A DNA stretch of 64,000 nucleotides, taken from NCBI GenBank assembly GCA_012295275.1, contig CM022677.1, forward strand, positions 27,590,001 through 27,654,000. Direction: 5' to 3'. The stretch comes from Chrysomallon squamiferum (Eukaryota; Animalia; Mollusca). The translations under genes and the position numbers were made by a program. Each line of letters opens with the position of its first letter. Positions within the stretch are counted from its first letter, which is position 1. Below are positions 12,874-28,229 of the stretch, in pieces. The notes beneath the pieces are model-generated. The model searched no databases. It saw nothing but the letters and a program-made list of their open reading frames with translations, and was not told where the DNA came from.

Positions 12874-13470
12874 GATATATACGTGCATGTGCATGTTTGT
12901 ACAAGTGTGTACAGAATGTCTGTATGTAAACATGCATGTGAAAAAAATCCCATTCTCACAAAAATAAAATTCAAAAAAAAAAAAAAAAAAAACACAATTG
13001 CACACACACAAAAAAAACATGCTTTCTAAATAAACAAAATAATAAAAACATGCACACAACTTTCATGCACCATTACAAGACATGCTTACATCAAAACAAA
13101 CAACATCCAACACAATTCTTGGTTACAAAACTTAAATTCTAAATAACTGTTTTCTTCTTAATTTATAAAACTGATATTGCAAAGGTGCACTTACTACTAT
13201 AATCTTCAATTTATAGTTCAGTTTGTGAAATCTGTATATTTTAGATTTTTACATTATAGACAATTCTGTTTATTAGCAATTTGAACCTTAATAATGAAAA
13301 AAAAAAAGATTTTATCTCAGGTTTAATCACATGTAAAATATTTGTATTATTTATATAACTATTTAATAGCTATTTGTAATCATTGATGTAATTTGTCCTT
13401 AGCCTTTAATAACAATAAAGTATTATTTATTTAATCTATTGATATAACTAGATGAAACAGCTTAACTGAA

Positions 13471-13800
13471 TAATTCTGTATACTTTAAATATGTTGTTTA
13501 TTATCAGTCTTTTCTAATAATAAAGTACATAATTAGTAATTATTTGCATAATTCTGTACATTTCAAATATACTGTTTGTTTTTAAATGTTTCTAATAATA
13601 ACGTACATACTTGTAACATTACTTATGTAGTTAATAATTATTTGTGTAATTCTGTACATTTCAAATATATTTTATGTTATCAACCTTTACTTGTAATAAA
13701 AGACAATACTTGTATTATTATAACTAAATATAGCAGTCTGTCATTTGTGTAATTGTTTAAACCTGTGTCTCAATATTTCCTTGTAATAAAGAACAACACT
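13471..13800. repeat. Old degenerate AT-rich tandem repeat (~80-100 bp unit, 3-4 copies)
   Basis: Recurrent taattctgtacatttcaaatat ... ttctaataataa.gtacata blocks at ~13471, ~13548, ~13647. Confidence 0.7.
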
Positions 13801-14521
13801 AAACTAACAAATTTCTTGTGCAAATTTACAAAATTTAATTAATATTGTAACTAAATCATTCCAAAGTTGATTGGATACTCAGTTAGACAAGTATTTTTGT
13901 ACATATCTGTATAAAAAAAAATTAGTTATTTTATGGCTGATAGAAAATGTTATCTTCTTTAAACAAATTTTATTCCCTTACTTAATCTTGCATATATAAC
14001 ATTTTTTTTTTTTTTTTTTTTAGGGGGGCATGAAGGTTAAGATGCAGGAGATAAATAACAAAACAATATCTATCTAACTAACTATATATATATATTTTTT
14101 TTTTTGATGACAGGTAAAAATGTAAAGTTTATAAAATTAAGTTTTGCAACACAAGAATCACACATTCATGCAATTCACTCAAATGGACGAAGAATTGATA
14201 AGGGTGTGTCATACAACAATTTAAAAATAAAAAAAAAAAAAATACTTGCTGAAAAGAAAAATATAAATTATAAAATAATAATAAACAAAAATGTAAAAAC
14301 GTTTCAAGATTAAATCATCTGAAAAAAAAAAAATATATATAATTTAAAAATATATATTAAAACTTTAATAATTCATATATTTTTGTTTTAGTTATGTTAA
14401 ACCAGATATATATATATATATATATTTTATTTTTGGCTTACACATTTTTGATTCTATTTTTAATAATTGGTATTTGTACTGTTTTTTAATTAAAAAAATA
14501 TGAAAACAGTTTACTGTAATA

Positions 14522-14569
14522 TTAATACTTACTGGTTTCTAAAGTATTTTAGAAACCAGTAAGTATTAA
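14522..14569. repeat. Perfect 22-bp inverted repeat with 4-nt spacer
   Basis: ttaatacttactggtttctaaa-gtat-tttagaaaccagtaagtattaa; the arms are exact reverse complements. Confidence 0.95.
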
Positions 14570-14720
14570 AATGTACTTGTTATTTTTCAAATTTATTAAT
14601 CAGACCAATTAATCAGTGTACTGCTTTATAATTTATAAATTAAATTGAATGTTTAATACTGATAGTGCATTACTAGTATATATATATATATATATTAAAC
14701 ACACACCTACATATTCTTAC

Positions 14721-14782
14721 CTAACCTGACTGACATGGAAATCATATATTCTGCATGAAAGTGCCTGCCAGAGAATAAAAAC
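14721..14782 (-). other. Candidate exon (62 bp), probably non-coding
   Basis: Minus strand tttctattttcag| ... gttag|gtaaga. Confidence 0.4.
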
Positions 14783-15151
14783 CTGAAAATAGAAAATAAA
14801 TATATATATAAAAATAGTTAAATATATAATAAGGGAGAAAAATAGATTTAGATCACCTGAATTTTGGTCAAATATAAGCATGTCACCACAGTAGTATTAG
14901 TAATAATAGTACTAGTAGTATTAGTAACTGTAGTAGTAATAATATTAAAAGTTGTAGTACTAATCGTAAAGCTATAGTAGTAGTTTAACAGAATGGAAGT
15001 AGTAGTAGTAGTAGTAGTAGTAAGATAATTTAGAAATCAATCCGTGCAAAGTCGTATCAGACTGAGGCCGCATTCACTTATTACATTAGTATACTTTAAA
15101 ATTTTAGAATTTCATAAAATTTAAAAAGAGAACAGAAAGTTCTCAAATCAA

Positions 15152-15182
<31 letters not shown>

Positions 15183-15399
15183 TTATTATTATTATTTAAA
15201 TAGAGCTATTAATAGCGTTTTGATTATTTTTCTCTCATTTAACATTTTTGTGTCAAAATTATCGTCTTCGAATCCCCTTCTTCATTTTATTACCACTGCT
15301 ACTATAAAAGTAAATAATTAAACATAAAATAACATTAAACATAAAAGAAAAAGACCCCCCTATGCCCCCATCCCCCCCACTCCTCCGTCATTCCACGAA

Positions 15400-15850
15400 C
15401 ACAACACAAACCTGTCGTACAAAAGAAGAAGAACTGTAACCCACTTTATTCGTGTCACACGTTCGTTTTAAAACATCTTCGCCCACTTTTTACGCCGGGT
15501 CAAAGGTCAGAGGAATACGTTTAACTTGAACGCATCTGCTTCTCTGACGTAGCGGAGGTTTATCGATTTCTGTCAGTCCGCGCGCGCTCGTCTCGTGCTC
15601 ACTACGTCACCGAAACTCGGCGAATTCCGCCATCGCTTGTCACCCGCCAGTGTCTCTCTCTCTGTCTCCTCTCCCTCACAATCGAGTGTATGCAATCAGC
15701 TCCCGCTTTTAACAATGGCGCGCGACATCTGTGCGCGTGCCACCATGGATACAACAGCTGCCACGAACACGCCATGTGACCGACCGTACCAAAGCGTGAA
15801 TGAAATGGGAGAGGAGAGGATGCGGGTGGGGGGGAGGGCTATTTATTTAT
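15400..15850. promoter_or_regulatory. CpG-rich promoter/enhancer-like island with DR1 element
   Basis: High CpG density (cgcgcgc runs), GGGTCAAAGGTCA at 15497-15509, Sox-like aacaatgg, G-rich box near 15825. Confidence 0.5.
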
Positions 15851-16639
15851 TTTGCATTACTTCAGACAGATCGATTGAGATAATGGGAGGATTATTATGT
15901 AAAACTTTATGATTGAACTCGCAGAGAAAAGGTCCGCATGAAGGAATGAAGGACAGACAGAGAGAGAGAGTTAATTATTATTTTGATTCCTGAAAAACGT
16001 GATAAAATATATAAAAAATAACGATTCAGTTTGTTAATATCTGTCGATGAAACAGAAAGAGAAAGAAAGAATGAATGAATGAATGACATACCACCATTAA
16101 CACTGCCACAAGTTACAACCACTACCACCACCACCACAATTACAATCATCACTTTTACTACGACTACAACAACTAGTAACATACGCCATTATAAAAGATT
16201 TGATCAGAAACTTGCCAATTCGAATTTAACCCTGCACAAAGTGCCTTTCACCGTGTGCAGTCATTCCTGTTTGTTTCAAGGAAGACGAAAATGCAACCGT
16301 TTGAAACTACTAAACGTAATAAAAACTTTTGAGAAATGGTCACCAGTTGAGGAAGACAATCATTTCTACAATTAATAATAATTTAAAAAATAATAATAAA
16401 TAAAACATGGGAAAATCTAGAAATTTAAGATACTCAGAATAACGCTATCAGAAACTGGTTACGCTCTACTTATTTCGAGTCACATATAATGATATATAAT
16501 ATACTACCAGTCATTACCAAGTGAAATCACATCAAGAATTAAACCAATATTAACTAACCGTTGACATTCAGAATTAACAAACACACATATTAAAAAAAAC
16601 AAAAAAACATTAGTAATATAACTGAAAAAAACAACAACC

Positions 16640-17060
16640 TTTACGACTAGTTTTTCTGTTTCTTTTTTTTTCCCGTTCTCCTCTCTCTCGATTCGCTCGT
16701 GCCACGTGTTGGGGTTGACGCCTTCGTGGACGTAGCGACACTCGAAGCGACACACAAATCGTAATCCAGTTTTCAAACACTCGACTAACTCTCGACGCTT
16801 CTCCTTTCTCTTCATCCTCCGAAGTCATATCAGTTTTTACTCACAGCGTTATCTCTGTGTAGATACGACGTTATTTTAACGTCGGAGCATGAATACCACA
16901 CTAAAAAAAAAAAAATGCTAAAAACTTTAAACACACCACCTGTTACTGTCGCCCCTTCGTCAGCAGACGTACACAGCGAAGAGGACAAACTGGGTCACGG
17001 GCCCCGAGTGAGTGACAGGCGCTCGACCAATCAGACGACAGGCACGGGCAGATAACTCCA
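16640..17060. promoter_or_regulatory. CpG-rich promoter-like island with CCAAT box and a minus-strand splice donor
   Basis: gaccaatcag near 17025; actcac (minus gtgagt) at 16839-16844. Confidence 0.4.
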
Positions 17061-17362
17061 GAAGGCTATTTAGCAGTAATGAATGACTGAGTATGAAAAT
17101 GATCGATGGAAATACGATGGTTTAAGAGTTACTGGATTGTGTGTTTATGTGTCTGTGTGTATGTGTGTGTGTATGTATGTATGTGTCTGTGCGTATGTGT
17201 GTATGTATATCTGTCTCTCAGCATATAGGGCTATGTAAATATGTATTTGAATATATTAAAATGATCACGATATATTATCTATTATCGGAATATGTTACTA
17301 CTGATATATAATTATCAGATAAATGAGAGAATTATCACAACGAGAGAATGTAATGCGCCTAC

Positions 17363-17488
17363 AAAAACAGATTCAAATCATTGAAAATACAAAGGATGTT
17401 TAGTAGATAAACAGAAACGATACAGTTGTAAATGTATAATGCAGTACTTTGAAAAAACAGATTCAAATCACTGAAAACACAAAGGATG
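17363..17488. repeat. Local direct duplication (~36-bp core, 90-bp period)
   Basis: aaaaacagattcaaatca(t/c)tgaaaa(t/c)acaaaggatg twice. Confidence 0.85.
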
Positions 17489-17897
17489 AATTTGTAACGT
17501 GGTCTGTAGTTAAACAGAGAAATAGGACGGGGAGGGGGTAGATGTATAATGTAATAAAATTAGACAGGTTGCCTTTGAAGAAACACTTATTAACATTAGA
17601 CAAAACTCACAGGTGTTAATGAACGTTTATACGTGGTAGAAGGGTGTTACTGTTTTGTAATAATAGTAATAACAGGGGTAATAGTAATAATAGTAATAGT
17701 GTAATAATAAATTGAAGACAGGTTGAAATTTGATGATAATAATTTCTTAATAATAATATGTTAACATAAATTGTAACAGGAAATACATTAATTAGACTAG
17801 TTTTATATTAAAACGTTTTTTTTTCCATTATAACAGCTCGCTACTCGATTCTAAATGAAAAAACCAGTGTATTAAAAACAATAACAACAACAACAAC

Positions 17898-17942
<45 letters not shown>

Positions 17943-18059
17943 GAAAGGATTTGAGCAAGTCTATTAATAACCCGAAACAGGACAAACTAGTCTAACAAAC
18001 AAACAAAAAAAAAAAAAAAAAAAACCAAGAGAAAGAAAAGGAAAAAACACACACACACT

Positions 18060-18420
18060 TGATTTTCCTGAATGGGACCCCTAAACGGGCTGCCATGGCA
18101 ACAGAACAAACAGATGCGTCATAGCTGGGAGTTTCCCCGTCTTGCCCTCTGTCACACGAACAGCGACAAAGAAATTTTCAGTGAACCGCATTTGACAACA
18201 ACGCGTCTGACGCCGACTACGACATGTCGCCGTTTCCGAGAAACCGCCGTTACACACACACACACACACAACACACACACCGACTACGACGACGTCACCA
18301 TTACAAGACAGCGTAGGAAGGACACTGCAGTGACATGATGAATCGTACAATGGGACACACCTACAGCAGCCACTCCAGCGCTTGATTACAATGTCGCCTC
18401 AGGAAAATGATTTGACCAGC
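18060..18420. promoter_or_regulatory. CpG-rich island with X-box-like and NF-kB-like sites
   Basis: gctgccatggcaac at 18089-18102; gggagtttcc at 18127-18136. Confidence 0.4.
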
Positions 18421-19713
18421 TGTATATATATATTATGTAATTTATTGCTGCGGTTAGTGACTAAAATGAATGGAGTGTTTGCTTAGCGAAACGAACGCAT
18501 TTCGGTGTAAAATTAAAAAAAATCTTATAAAGTTTTTCCTAAAGCAGCAGCAGAGGCAACAACAACGACGACAACATCAACAATAACAGCAGCAGTAGTA
18601 GTAGTAGTAGTAATGATGATGATGATGATAATAATAATAATATTAATAATAAGAAGAAAAAGTACGACAGCAATTCAGTTTTGTTATAAAATATTACCAT
18701 ACTTGCCACTATATATATATATATATAAAATAAAAAATGAAAATAAAAGGTTTTCGTTATTAAAATATTCACAGTTAACACGTACAATGTCTCGCTTACA
18801 TCTTTTCATCACTCCCCCACCCACCCCCACACCAACTCCCCCACCCACCCACACCCACACACAAACACACACACACACACACACATACCAGAGAGGTCTT
18901 TTGGTACAAACCACTTTATTTTTTTTTTTTTTTTTTTAACAATTCAACTACAAACCAGTCGGTCTGACTGACTGACAGTCAAAGGGTTAATTTTTTTTTT
19001 TCCTTCCCCCCCCCACCGATGACGTAGCATTTACCAGCAGCTACAAACATTCCCACGGTCGTTCAGAACTCAGTGAACGGTTAATTCTACTGTTACATAA
19101 CGAAACGATAAACTAGACCATTAACATGCTGCTGCTGCTGATGATGTATGCAATCGGCGACTGGCGATGCACGAAGATACGTAGTCCCTTATTAGTGCGG
19201 GTCTGGAAATGTACGTGCTGTCGACGGGCCGTAATTATCGGTAATTGGTTTGTAGTTAAGTTTATTGAGTGTTACGCAATACTTCCTTGATTCGGATCTT
19301 TTTTTTTTCCTTGCGGCACAGCAAGTAAATGATAATCACAGTGTTGTGTTGTTTGTGACTTTTGTAAAGACGTCGACAAATAATAAAAAAATGTTTTTCT
19401 TTCCTTGCTGAAGTTTGTGGAAGGAGGAAAAAAAAAAAGGCGCGTGATTGGAAAAAAAAGAAGAAGAAAAAAGCAGAAATCAAAGGAAGAAACAAAAAAA
19501 AATCCAAAACATTGAAACTGAAGAAAAAAGACAAAGAAGAGATATTAAAAAACAAAAAACAAAAATCCCCAAAACCCCCAACAAATACCTATTCCAAAAA
19601 GAACAAAAACCGAACAAGAAAAACAGGAGCAGCAACAGCATCAGCAGCAACAACAACAGTAATAATACTAATACTAATACTACTAATAACAGTAGTAGAA
19701 GCAATAATAATGA

Positions 19714-19748
<35 letters not shown>

Positions 19749-20318
19749 ATAATAATAATAATAATGATGATGACGACGATAATAAAAATCCACAAAACAT
19801 AATATTATAATTATCAACATATACGTATACTATATGTATTCTGTGTGTTTTCGCGTGAAAGAGAGGAAAATATACATATATCTATATCTATATCTATCTA
19901 TCTATCTATCTGTATATAGATATATATCACTCTTTCCTTGTATACAAGGAAAACAGTGACAGACAGACAGATAGAGAGAAATGTAAAAAAAAAAAAAAAA
20001 AAAAAAAAAATAAAAGACAGCAAAGTCAGACAGACATAACGACGACCGCCGAATGTAAATAATAGCTACCTCGCTTTCCGAGTCGCTGCTTGCATGATCG
20101 TATGATCCGGGGTCACAGGTCACAATGCAAATGAGAAGAACAACCGCGTCATGAATAAACATGACGCGGCCTCGCGGGGAAATTACCGCTAGATTAGATA
20201 ATTTATGCAGACATTACAAATGACGTCTGCATAGTTACGGGCTCCCGTTTTTGTGAAACGAACGGTAGCAGCGAGTGTGTTGTCGTTGTTGTTATTTAAC
20301 TAACTCAGGCGGAGGTTC

Positions 20319-20352
<34 letters not shown>

Positions 20353-20661
20353 CAGTGGGTGGTGGTGGGGTGGGATGGCTGGGGGGGCGGGGAGACTGTC
20401 GTGCGATGATGACAGTCGCTTTCTGTTCGAAAAGATAAAATATTTTGCGTCGTTTTAACTAACATACACTGTGCATGACTATGATCCATTTATATGTAAT
20501 GCGAGCCTGAGTAAAGCACTGTACCAACACCAACGACGACGACGATAATAATAATAATAATAATAATAATGATGATGATGATGATTTTGATGACGATGAT
20601 GGTGATAACAAAAACTAACTCATTTTGGCCGACGTTTTGGTGATACATTTTTTTAAATTTC

Positions 20662-20765
<104 letters not shown>

Positions 20766-21299
20766 TTTACGTCACACCATTATGTGATTAAAACCGAATA
20801 TTGTTTGTTGCGAATAAAGGGTATATGTTTGTGAAGAAAAAGTTTCCAGACTTATAAAGTTCCCTCCCCTGAACAGCTGTCTCTTTCTGACAGTTATCGA
20901 TTGTTTGTGTCTGTATCGATGTTTCCATACAGCATATATCTCACATTTTTACATTAATTACTTTGTCGTTCGTGTACAAAATATTAGCAAAATAAATGAA
21001 TAAACAGATAAGTAAATCAACGAATGCCACTAAGTGAATGAATAAACATATAAGTAAATGAATAAATGAATGTATAAACAGATAAGTAAATCTAATGAAT
21101 GGATAAATATATAAGTAAATGAATGAATGAACGAATGAATTAATAAATAAATGAATAAAGATAAACAAAAGTCAGAAATACAAATACTCGTACAACGACA
21201 GAGGCTACTACGACAATTACTTCAACTTCACAAACAAAATTTTCGTAACAACAACAATTACTACTTCCACGGTACCTCCACCACAATTTCAACCACTGT

Positions 21300-21355
<56 letters not shown>

Positions 21356-21612
21356 TTGTGATAACAAGTTACAACAACGACAATAGTAACAGCAACAAAC
21401 AGAAAACGAGGAAGATAAAAAGAAATTACAACAGGCAAAAACAAAAATTTCAAAAAACCAGATTTTTATGTCTGGACCTTACAAATCTTTAAAATAAGTA
21501 AGTAAACAAGCAAGTAAGTAATCAAATAAATAAATAAATAAATACATAAATACATAAATACACAACTACGCCCTAATCAGCTAGCAGTACGACGACGTCA
21601 TCAAACACTTAC

Positions 21613-21735
21613 GTGCGAACATCGTCTCCAACAATGCTCTACGTCTTTTCCTTCAACACCACACAACCCAGTAACCCAGCGGCCGAGCGACCACGCCCGA
21701 CACACACCTACATCTTCCCTCTCAGACGGCTCGAC
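21613..21735 (-). other. Candidate exon (123 bp); open only in phase 0: VEPSEREDVGVCRAWSLGRWVTGLCGVEGKDVEHCWRRCSH
   Basis: Minus strand ttttatctctctctctcactgcag| ... cgcac|gtaagt. Strong sites at both ends; coding status unknown. Confidence 0.5.
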
Positions 21736-22262
21736 CTGCAGTGAGAGAGAGAGAGATAAAAAAAATGAAATAACTAACTAACTAAAAAAAAAAAAAAAAT
21801 GTCTAAGTGACGCTATCTCAGTCCAACAAAGAATAACCGCTTAGCCTTTGTGTGGTTTGTTTAGGGCGTCACAGTGGTTGTCATGGTGATGCTCTTTGTC
21901 TTTCTCTCTCTTTTTCCTCAGTCTATTTCCCCGAAGCGTGTACTACTACTGGCGTGATTACTGTTTCTCACTTTCTTTCTCTCCGCCTCGCTTTCGCGTC
22001 CTTCTTTCGTTTCCTGTCACATGTGTAATTACTGTTCGTGTAATTTAGAAGAAGAAGAAGAAGAAGAAGAAGAAGAAGAAGAAAGAAAGAAAGAAAAATT
22101 AATAATGAGAGGATCAATGAAAGATAGATTAGAAAAAAAAAAAAAATGTAAAAGAATAAGTGCAAGGAAAAAAAAAGAAACAACATTTGTAAAGTAGGTT
22201 AAAAAAAAGAAGAATTAAAAAACAGCTTCACCCTAAAAATATATGAATCCAGCAGTTTATTT

Positions 22263-22332
<70 letters not shown>

Positions 22333-22399
22333 AAAGATAGAGATAATGGGGTAATGAGAGAAATAGAGAGATAGATAGAGAGGGATATATATGTGTATG

Positions 22400-22506
<107 letters not shown>

Positions 22507-23226
22507 GAAATAATCTTGAATTCATAGTTACAAAAGAACTGCAACAACCGAGAACGCAGTTAAGAAAACGAAAAAAATAAAATTAATTTTACTTCAGTCG
22601 ACAGGGAGAAAAGTGACAAAGTTATAAAACAATTTACAGAGGTTTTTACTTCAGTTACCACTGCTTCCAGTTCTTATTAAATAAAGAAGAAAAGCTATAG
22701 AAAAGAAGAAAAGGAAGATTAAAAAAAAAAAAGAAAAGAAGAAAAGATGAAAAACGCGTGTGCACACACTGGTTTCGTAACAAGATAACGTTTTCAACTT
22801 AACATTCTTAATTTTACATTTTCTTTTTCTCTTCTGTTTTCAAACCCATTATTTGTTATCTGTGAATTTATTTATTATTTATTTATTTGTTTTAGCGCCT
22901 GCTTATTAATACGAATGAGAGAAACTGCGATAAAACAAGCAATAGAATCGTTATTAATAATGTCGTAACTGAAGCAAATGGACAGGCAGATGGACAGACA
23001 CATATCAAAAATACATATTTTTGGTGCATAACCAGATTTCCAGCTGACACACGCAACTCGTTTACATATTTATTTAATTACACAGAACTGTCAGACATTC
23101 GTACAAACAACAGTAAACTGACTTTGTCTGGGAAACAGGCTAACGGGAACACACGAACTTACAAAACATATTCTCTCTTTCTCGCTCTCTCACACACATA
23201 CACACAAAGATATATTATTTCCTCAT

Positions 23227-23324
<98 letters not shown>

Positions 23325-23959
23325 TCCTCTCCTTCCCTCCCTCCCACACACAGACACACACACTCATTCACACAAACAGAAAAACGGAACCAGATACACA
23401 CAGACACACACAGATTTTCTCACTGGAGAACATTCCCATATATACGAATATTCATACACACATACCCGAGCATATATACATAAACACACTTGCACACACA
23501 CACACACACACACACACACGTACTTACACAGAAGTATATATATATATATATATATATATATAAGCACACACAATAAGTAGAGTAGAAGTTTATATAATAT
23601 ACATACATACATACATTACACAGATTATAAATACAAACACACACACACATACACATGCATACGGACTAGAACTCATGTAAAATACAATAGCTGCTAATCT
23701 GAGAGGAATATGTAGGTGGTGGGTTGGGTTGTTTTTTGTAGTACGCTAACAGAATATCTCAATCAATTAGAGATACATTCAGAATGTATCAGTCACGCCT
23801 AGTGATGAAGTAGAACATTATTCATAAACTGTTCAGTCACTGGTTGAGTAATGCGTTTGTTTACAGGAAAAATTTAAATAACGCGATATGAACCGACGTA
23901 GAAACTTTTTTCTTTATTTCTCTGATTCCCTCAGTTTTGTCTGTCTATACGTCTTTCAT

Positions 23960-24132
<173 letters not shown>

Positions 24133-25044
24133 ACATTAATCTTTATCTATGATTACTTTACACTACATACGTTATTACTGACCATCTAACTTTATAATCA
24201 GCCAAGATTGTTCATATGGATTTTACATTATTTCATTCCTGTCCATTCCTATATCTCTGTCTATCAGTCATTTCTCTGTCAAATGTCGAACACGAACTCA
24301 CAGGAACATACACGTCAATACGAATATTCGTATGTGTGTGTTTTTATCTCTCTTTCTGTTGTTATGTGTTTGTGTGTGTGTTTATGTGTGCGTGTGAGTG
24401 TATGTGTTTGTGTGTGTGTGTGTGTGTGAGTGTGACAAGTTGAACTGTATATACATACATAGGTATAATTACATAAATGTATATTATATAAACTGCTACT
24501 CTAATTCTCTCGAGTGTAAACTTAACATTATCAGTGTTTCTTTCTGTCTGTCTGTGTGTCTGTGTGTGTGTCTGAGATATTCAAGTGGGTACAAGAGATT
24601 ATCCACACAGAAAGCGGATAACAAGTTTTATCTTGTCGCTCTTGTTATCTTCGGTTCCTCTTTGATACGGGTCAAAGGTCAACAACAATCGACTGTCTCT
24701 CCGTGGTTCATCGCGGACGGTAGGAAAAATAATTGAAAATTTGGGCAGGTCTGAACAGGGGTGTCGGAAAGAGTTTGATGTGCGATGTGCGTCAAGGGGC
24801 GGTCCGGAACCGGGAGTCCAGTGAAAAGTTTCCGTGGGAGAAAGAAAAGAGAGGGAGGGATAGAATGAGAGAAAAGGAGAGCGTGAGAGAGACTGATAGA
24901 TAGATAGATAGACAGATGTATTGATATATAAGTAGATAAAATATATATAGAGAGAGAGAGGAAAAGAGAGAGAGGAAAAGAGAGAAAGAGAGAGAGAGAA
25001 AGAGAGACAGAGAGATATATATAGAGAGACAGAGACAGAGAGAG

Positions 25045-25142
<98 letters not shown>

Positions 25143-25159
25143 GGACAGATCTATCTATC

Positions 25160-25251
<92 letters not shown>

Positions 25252-25639
25252 ACTGTGGTGTATATACAGTTCAGTATAATAACAAAGTTAAGCTTTACAG
25301 CAAACTTATTTTTGTATGTAGCTGGTTGGGAGGAGGGGCGTGGTGTAAACGGAACGCCACACCCTAGATCCGTCCTGACATCATCCCACAATAACAATAG
25401 CTGTGAACTAGTAGCTGAAAGTATGTGAGGAATGTGGTTACCGTACAACAGAGAACACGGGCCTGTCACCATAAATACATGTACTGTATGTGAATATTTG
25501 TGACAGCGTGTTGTTGTGCTGTCGGAGGGTCACTTAATGACATATTAATATATATATATATATTTGGTGAAGTAGTAGTAGCAGTTGTAGTAGTAGTAAT
25601 TGTTGAAGTAGTAGTAGTAGTAGGAGTGTCGATTAAATA

Positions 25640-25681
<42 letters not shown>

Positions 25682-28050
25682 GTGAAGTAGTAGTGGTTGT
25701 AGTAATAGTTGAAATGGTAATAGTAGCAGCAGTAACAGCATTGGTAGCTCTAGTAAAAATAGTAGTGGCAGTAGCAGTGATAGATGTAGTGGTAGTAGTA
25801 GTAGTAGTATAGTAGTAGTAGCAGCAGTAGTAGTTGTATTGGCAACACTAACTATTGTAGTTGCAGTAGTAGTAGCAGCATCTGCAGTGATATCAAAAGC
25901 AACGAACCTGTCGTTGTAGTAATGTTTTTGTCGTACTAATAGCTGATGTTGTAGTGGTAGATGTAGCAGTAATAGTCCTGTTATTACTAACAGCAGCAGT
26001 CAGACTGAATTCTCGCTGCTGACGTGAATAAAATAATGAATGAATGAGTGAGAGAATGAAATAATGAATGAATGAATGCGCCAATAAATGAGTGAACGAC
26101 TGAACGACGGAGTGAATGAATGAAGGAACGGATGACAAATGACCACCAGAAGGCGTGAATGAAGCTGACACTGAATTTCGCGAGATTTAGATAGAAAGAT
26201 AGAAATAATTTGTCCTGCGTGAACGAAAACAATGACGGTTCTAAACTAACAGAAAAAAGGGGGTGGTCGCTTAGCAACCGTTGTTTAATTATAAAACAAT
26301 AAAAAGTATCAGTTCGCTGTTAACCTAGGGACCAGGTCCAGACTTCATCAATTTTAATAACAGATTTTAACAACAAAAAAATAATAATAATAATAATAAC
26401 AAAAAAAAAAAATCCGTTTTGTTTTGCTATAAGTTGATTTCAAGATACTTGACACGTTTTGGATTCTATTTTATCGAGCAATTTTTTTTATTATTATTAT
26501 TATAATTAGAATAATTTTTTATATAGCAAACTCTATTCCTTCTTTATTAATACCTCCGTCCTACAATGGAAGGTGTATCCTATGTCACGCGTCTTTTTGA
26601 AAGTCGCTGGTCAGTGGACCGTGAAAGAGGGGGCGTGGCCTATTTTCTTTACGCTTAATTTTGTGTTTTTTGAAACATATTTTTACATACACGTTTTTAC
26701 GACAGAATCGACGTCTGTTTGTGCTATCACAGGTTCAGAGAAGTTGTTGAATCGTTTAGTTATTTAGGGTTGGACTGATAGAGGAAGAAAGTTTAGCAAT
26801 AAAAAGATAATTTAGCTTTTTAAATTTGATTACAACGAAATCATTAATAGCAACAACAGCAGCTAAATGTCAAAACTTCTGTATAATCACGACATCGTCT
26901 TCTACTACTACTACTACTACTACCTATACTATCACAAAAAATACTACAATTGCTATGCTGTTACGTCTATATGAATATAACAACATCAGCTACTACAGTT
27001 CTACTACTACGACTACTTCTACAGTTCTACTATCACTAGTATTCTACCACCACCATCAACACCCACCACTACAACTACTACTACTATAACTGTACCACTA
27101 CTACTGTAAATATCAATGATATAACACAATTTTTCCTGTGTGTGAGCGTGCGTGTGTTAAAAAATTTGTTTCATAAAAATGACAAATTAATATAATCACC
27201 TAGGAATATGATCACAGTACACCCCCCGACCCCATAATTTCATCTGGACCCGCCCCTACGGTAAAGAAAAAAAAAAAAAAAAAAAAAAACACGACGAAAC
27301 TAAACTGGGTGCAGAGATGAATACTGATTGTATTACTATTGTATACAACGTTTCAGCCTTTGGACGTGCACGACAAACAGACAAACACACACACAGACAC
27401 ACAGACAGACAGACAGGTATAACGCTAGTGTCACGTAACAGTATTGTAGCTGGAGATGACGTTGTAGCACAGGTGTCAGCTGAAACACGAATAGCGGTCG
27501 TACTGGAGATATCAGCGACACTGACAAAAATGTATGAGCGGCGCCATCTTGGATTTGACTTGTACAGAAAGGAAAATACGGAGAAAGTTTGTGTGTGCGT
27601 GTGCGTTTGTATATGAGTGTACACCACACCCACACACACACACACACACACGCGTATTTACGGTCATTGACCTCTCGTTCACACACGTATGCTGAAACAT
27701 ACACAGACACAGAAACATACACACATTCATATACACACCCACAGACGTACACACAAACACACACATATATATAGAAAAGATAAACACCTACAAGTGCACA
27801 AAACACACAGAGAATCATTTGTTAAACAACAACAAAAAAAACCTAAACATTTCTGTACTTATTAACTTCAACACCTTCGTTAATCGTTATAACGATGAAA
27901 TGAATTTTGATAAACGAAAACAAATTAAAAAACAACAACAACAACAAAAAAATAAACTAATAATAAATTAATTGAATTTTCTTCTTCTTTTTTTTTATGC
28001 TAATGAAAACAAAACGAACTTCACTCACCTTCACAGTAGTCCACCATTTT

Positions 28051-28099
<49 letters not shown>

Positions 28100-28229
28100 A
28101 ATCTATAAAAATAACAAATAAAAGAGAAAACGAAATAAATAACTAAATAACTAAATAAATAAATAAATAAATAAATGAATAAGACCAGCAGTACACAAAT
28201 AAACAAATAAACAAATAAATAAATATGTC

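Noticed and set aside
14522-14569. Hairpin as a miR-8/miR-200-like miRNA (arm begins taatact)
   Set aside because: Only the seed matches; a perfect stem with a 4-nt loop and no basal stem is not a canonical pre-miRNA.
18330-18400. Minus-strand peptide IVIKRWSGCCRCVP resembling the PDGF/VEGF RCxGCC motif
   Set aside because: The key Cys is Trp, spacing to the next Cys is wrong, an in-frame stop lies just upstream and the frame runs into a (GT)n repeat; most likely coincidence.
27317-27616. 99-aa + strand ORF with a partly complex sequence
   Set aside because: Spans microsatellites, no splice signals or recognisable domain; the block looks regulatory (YY1 site).
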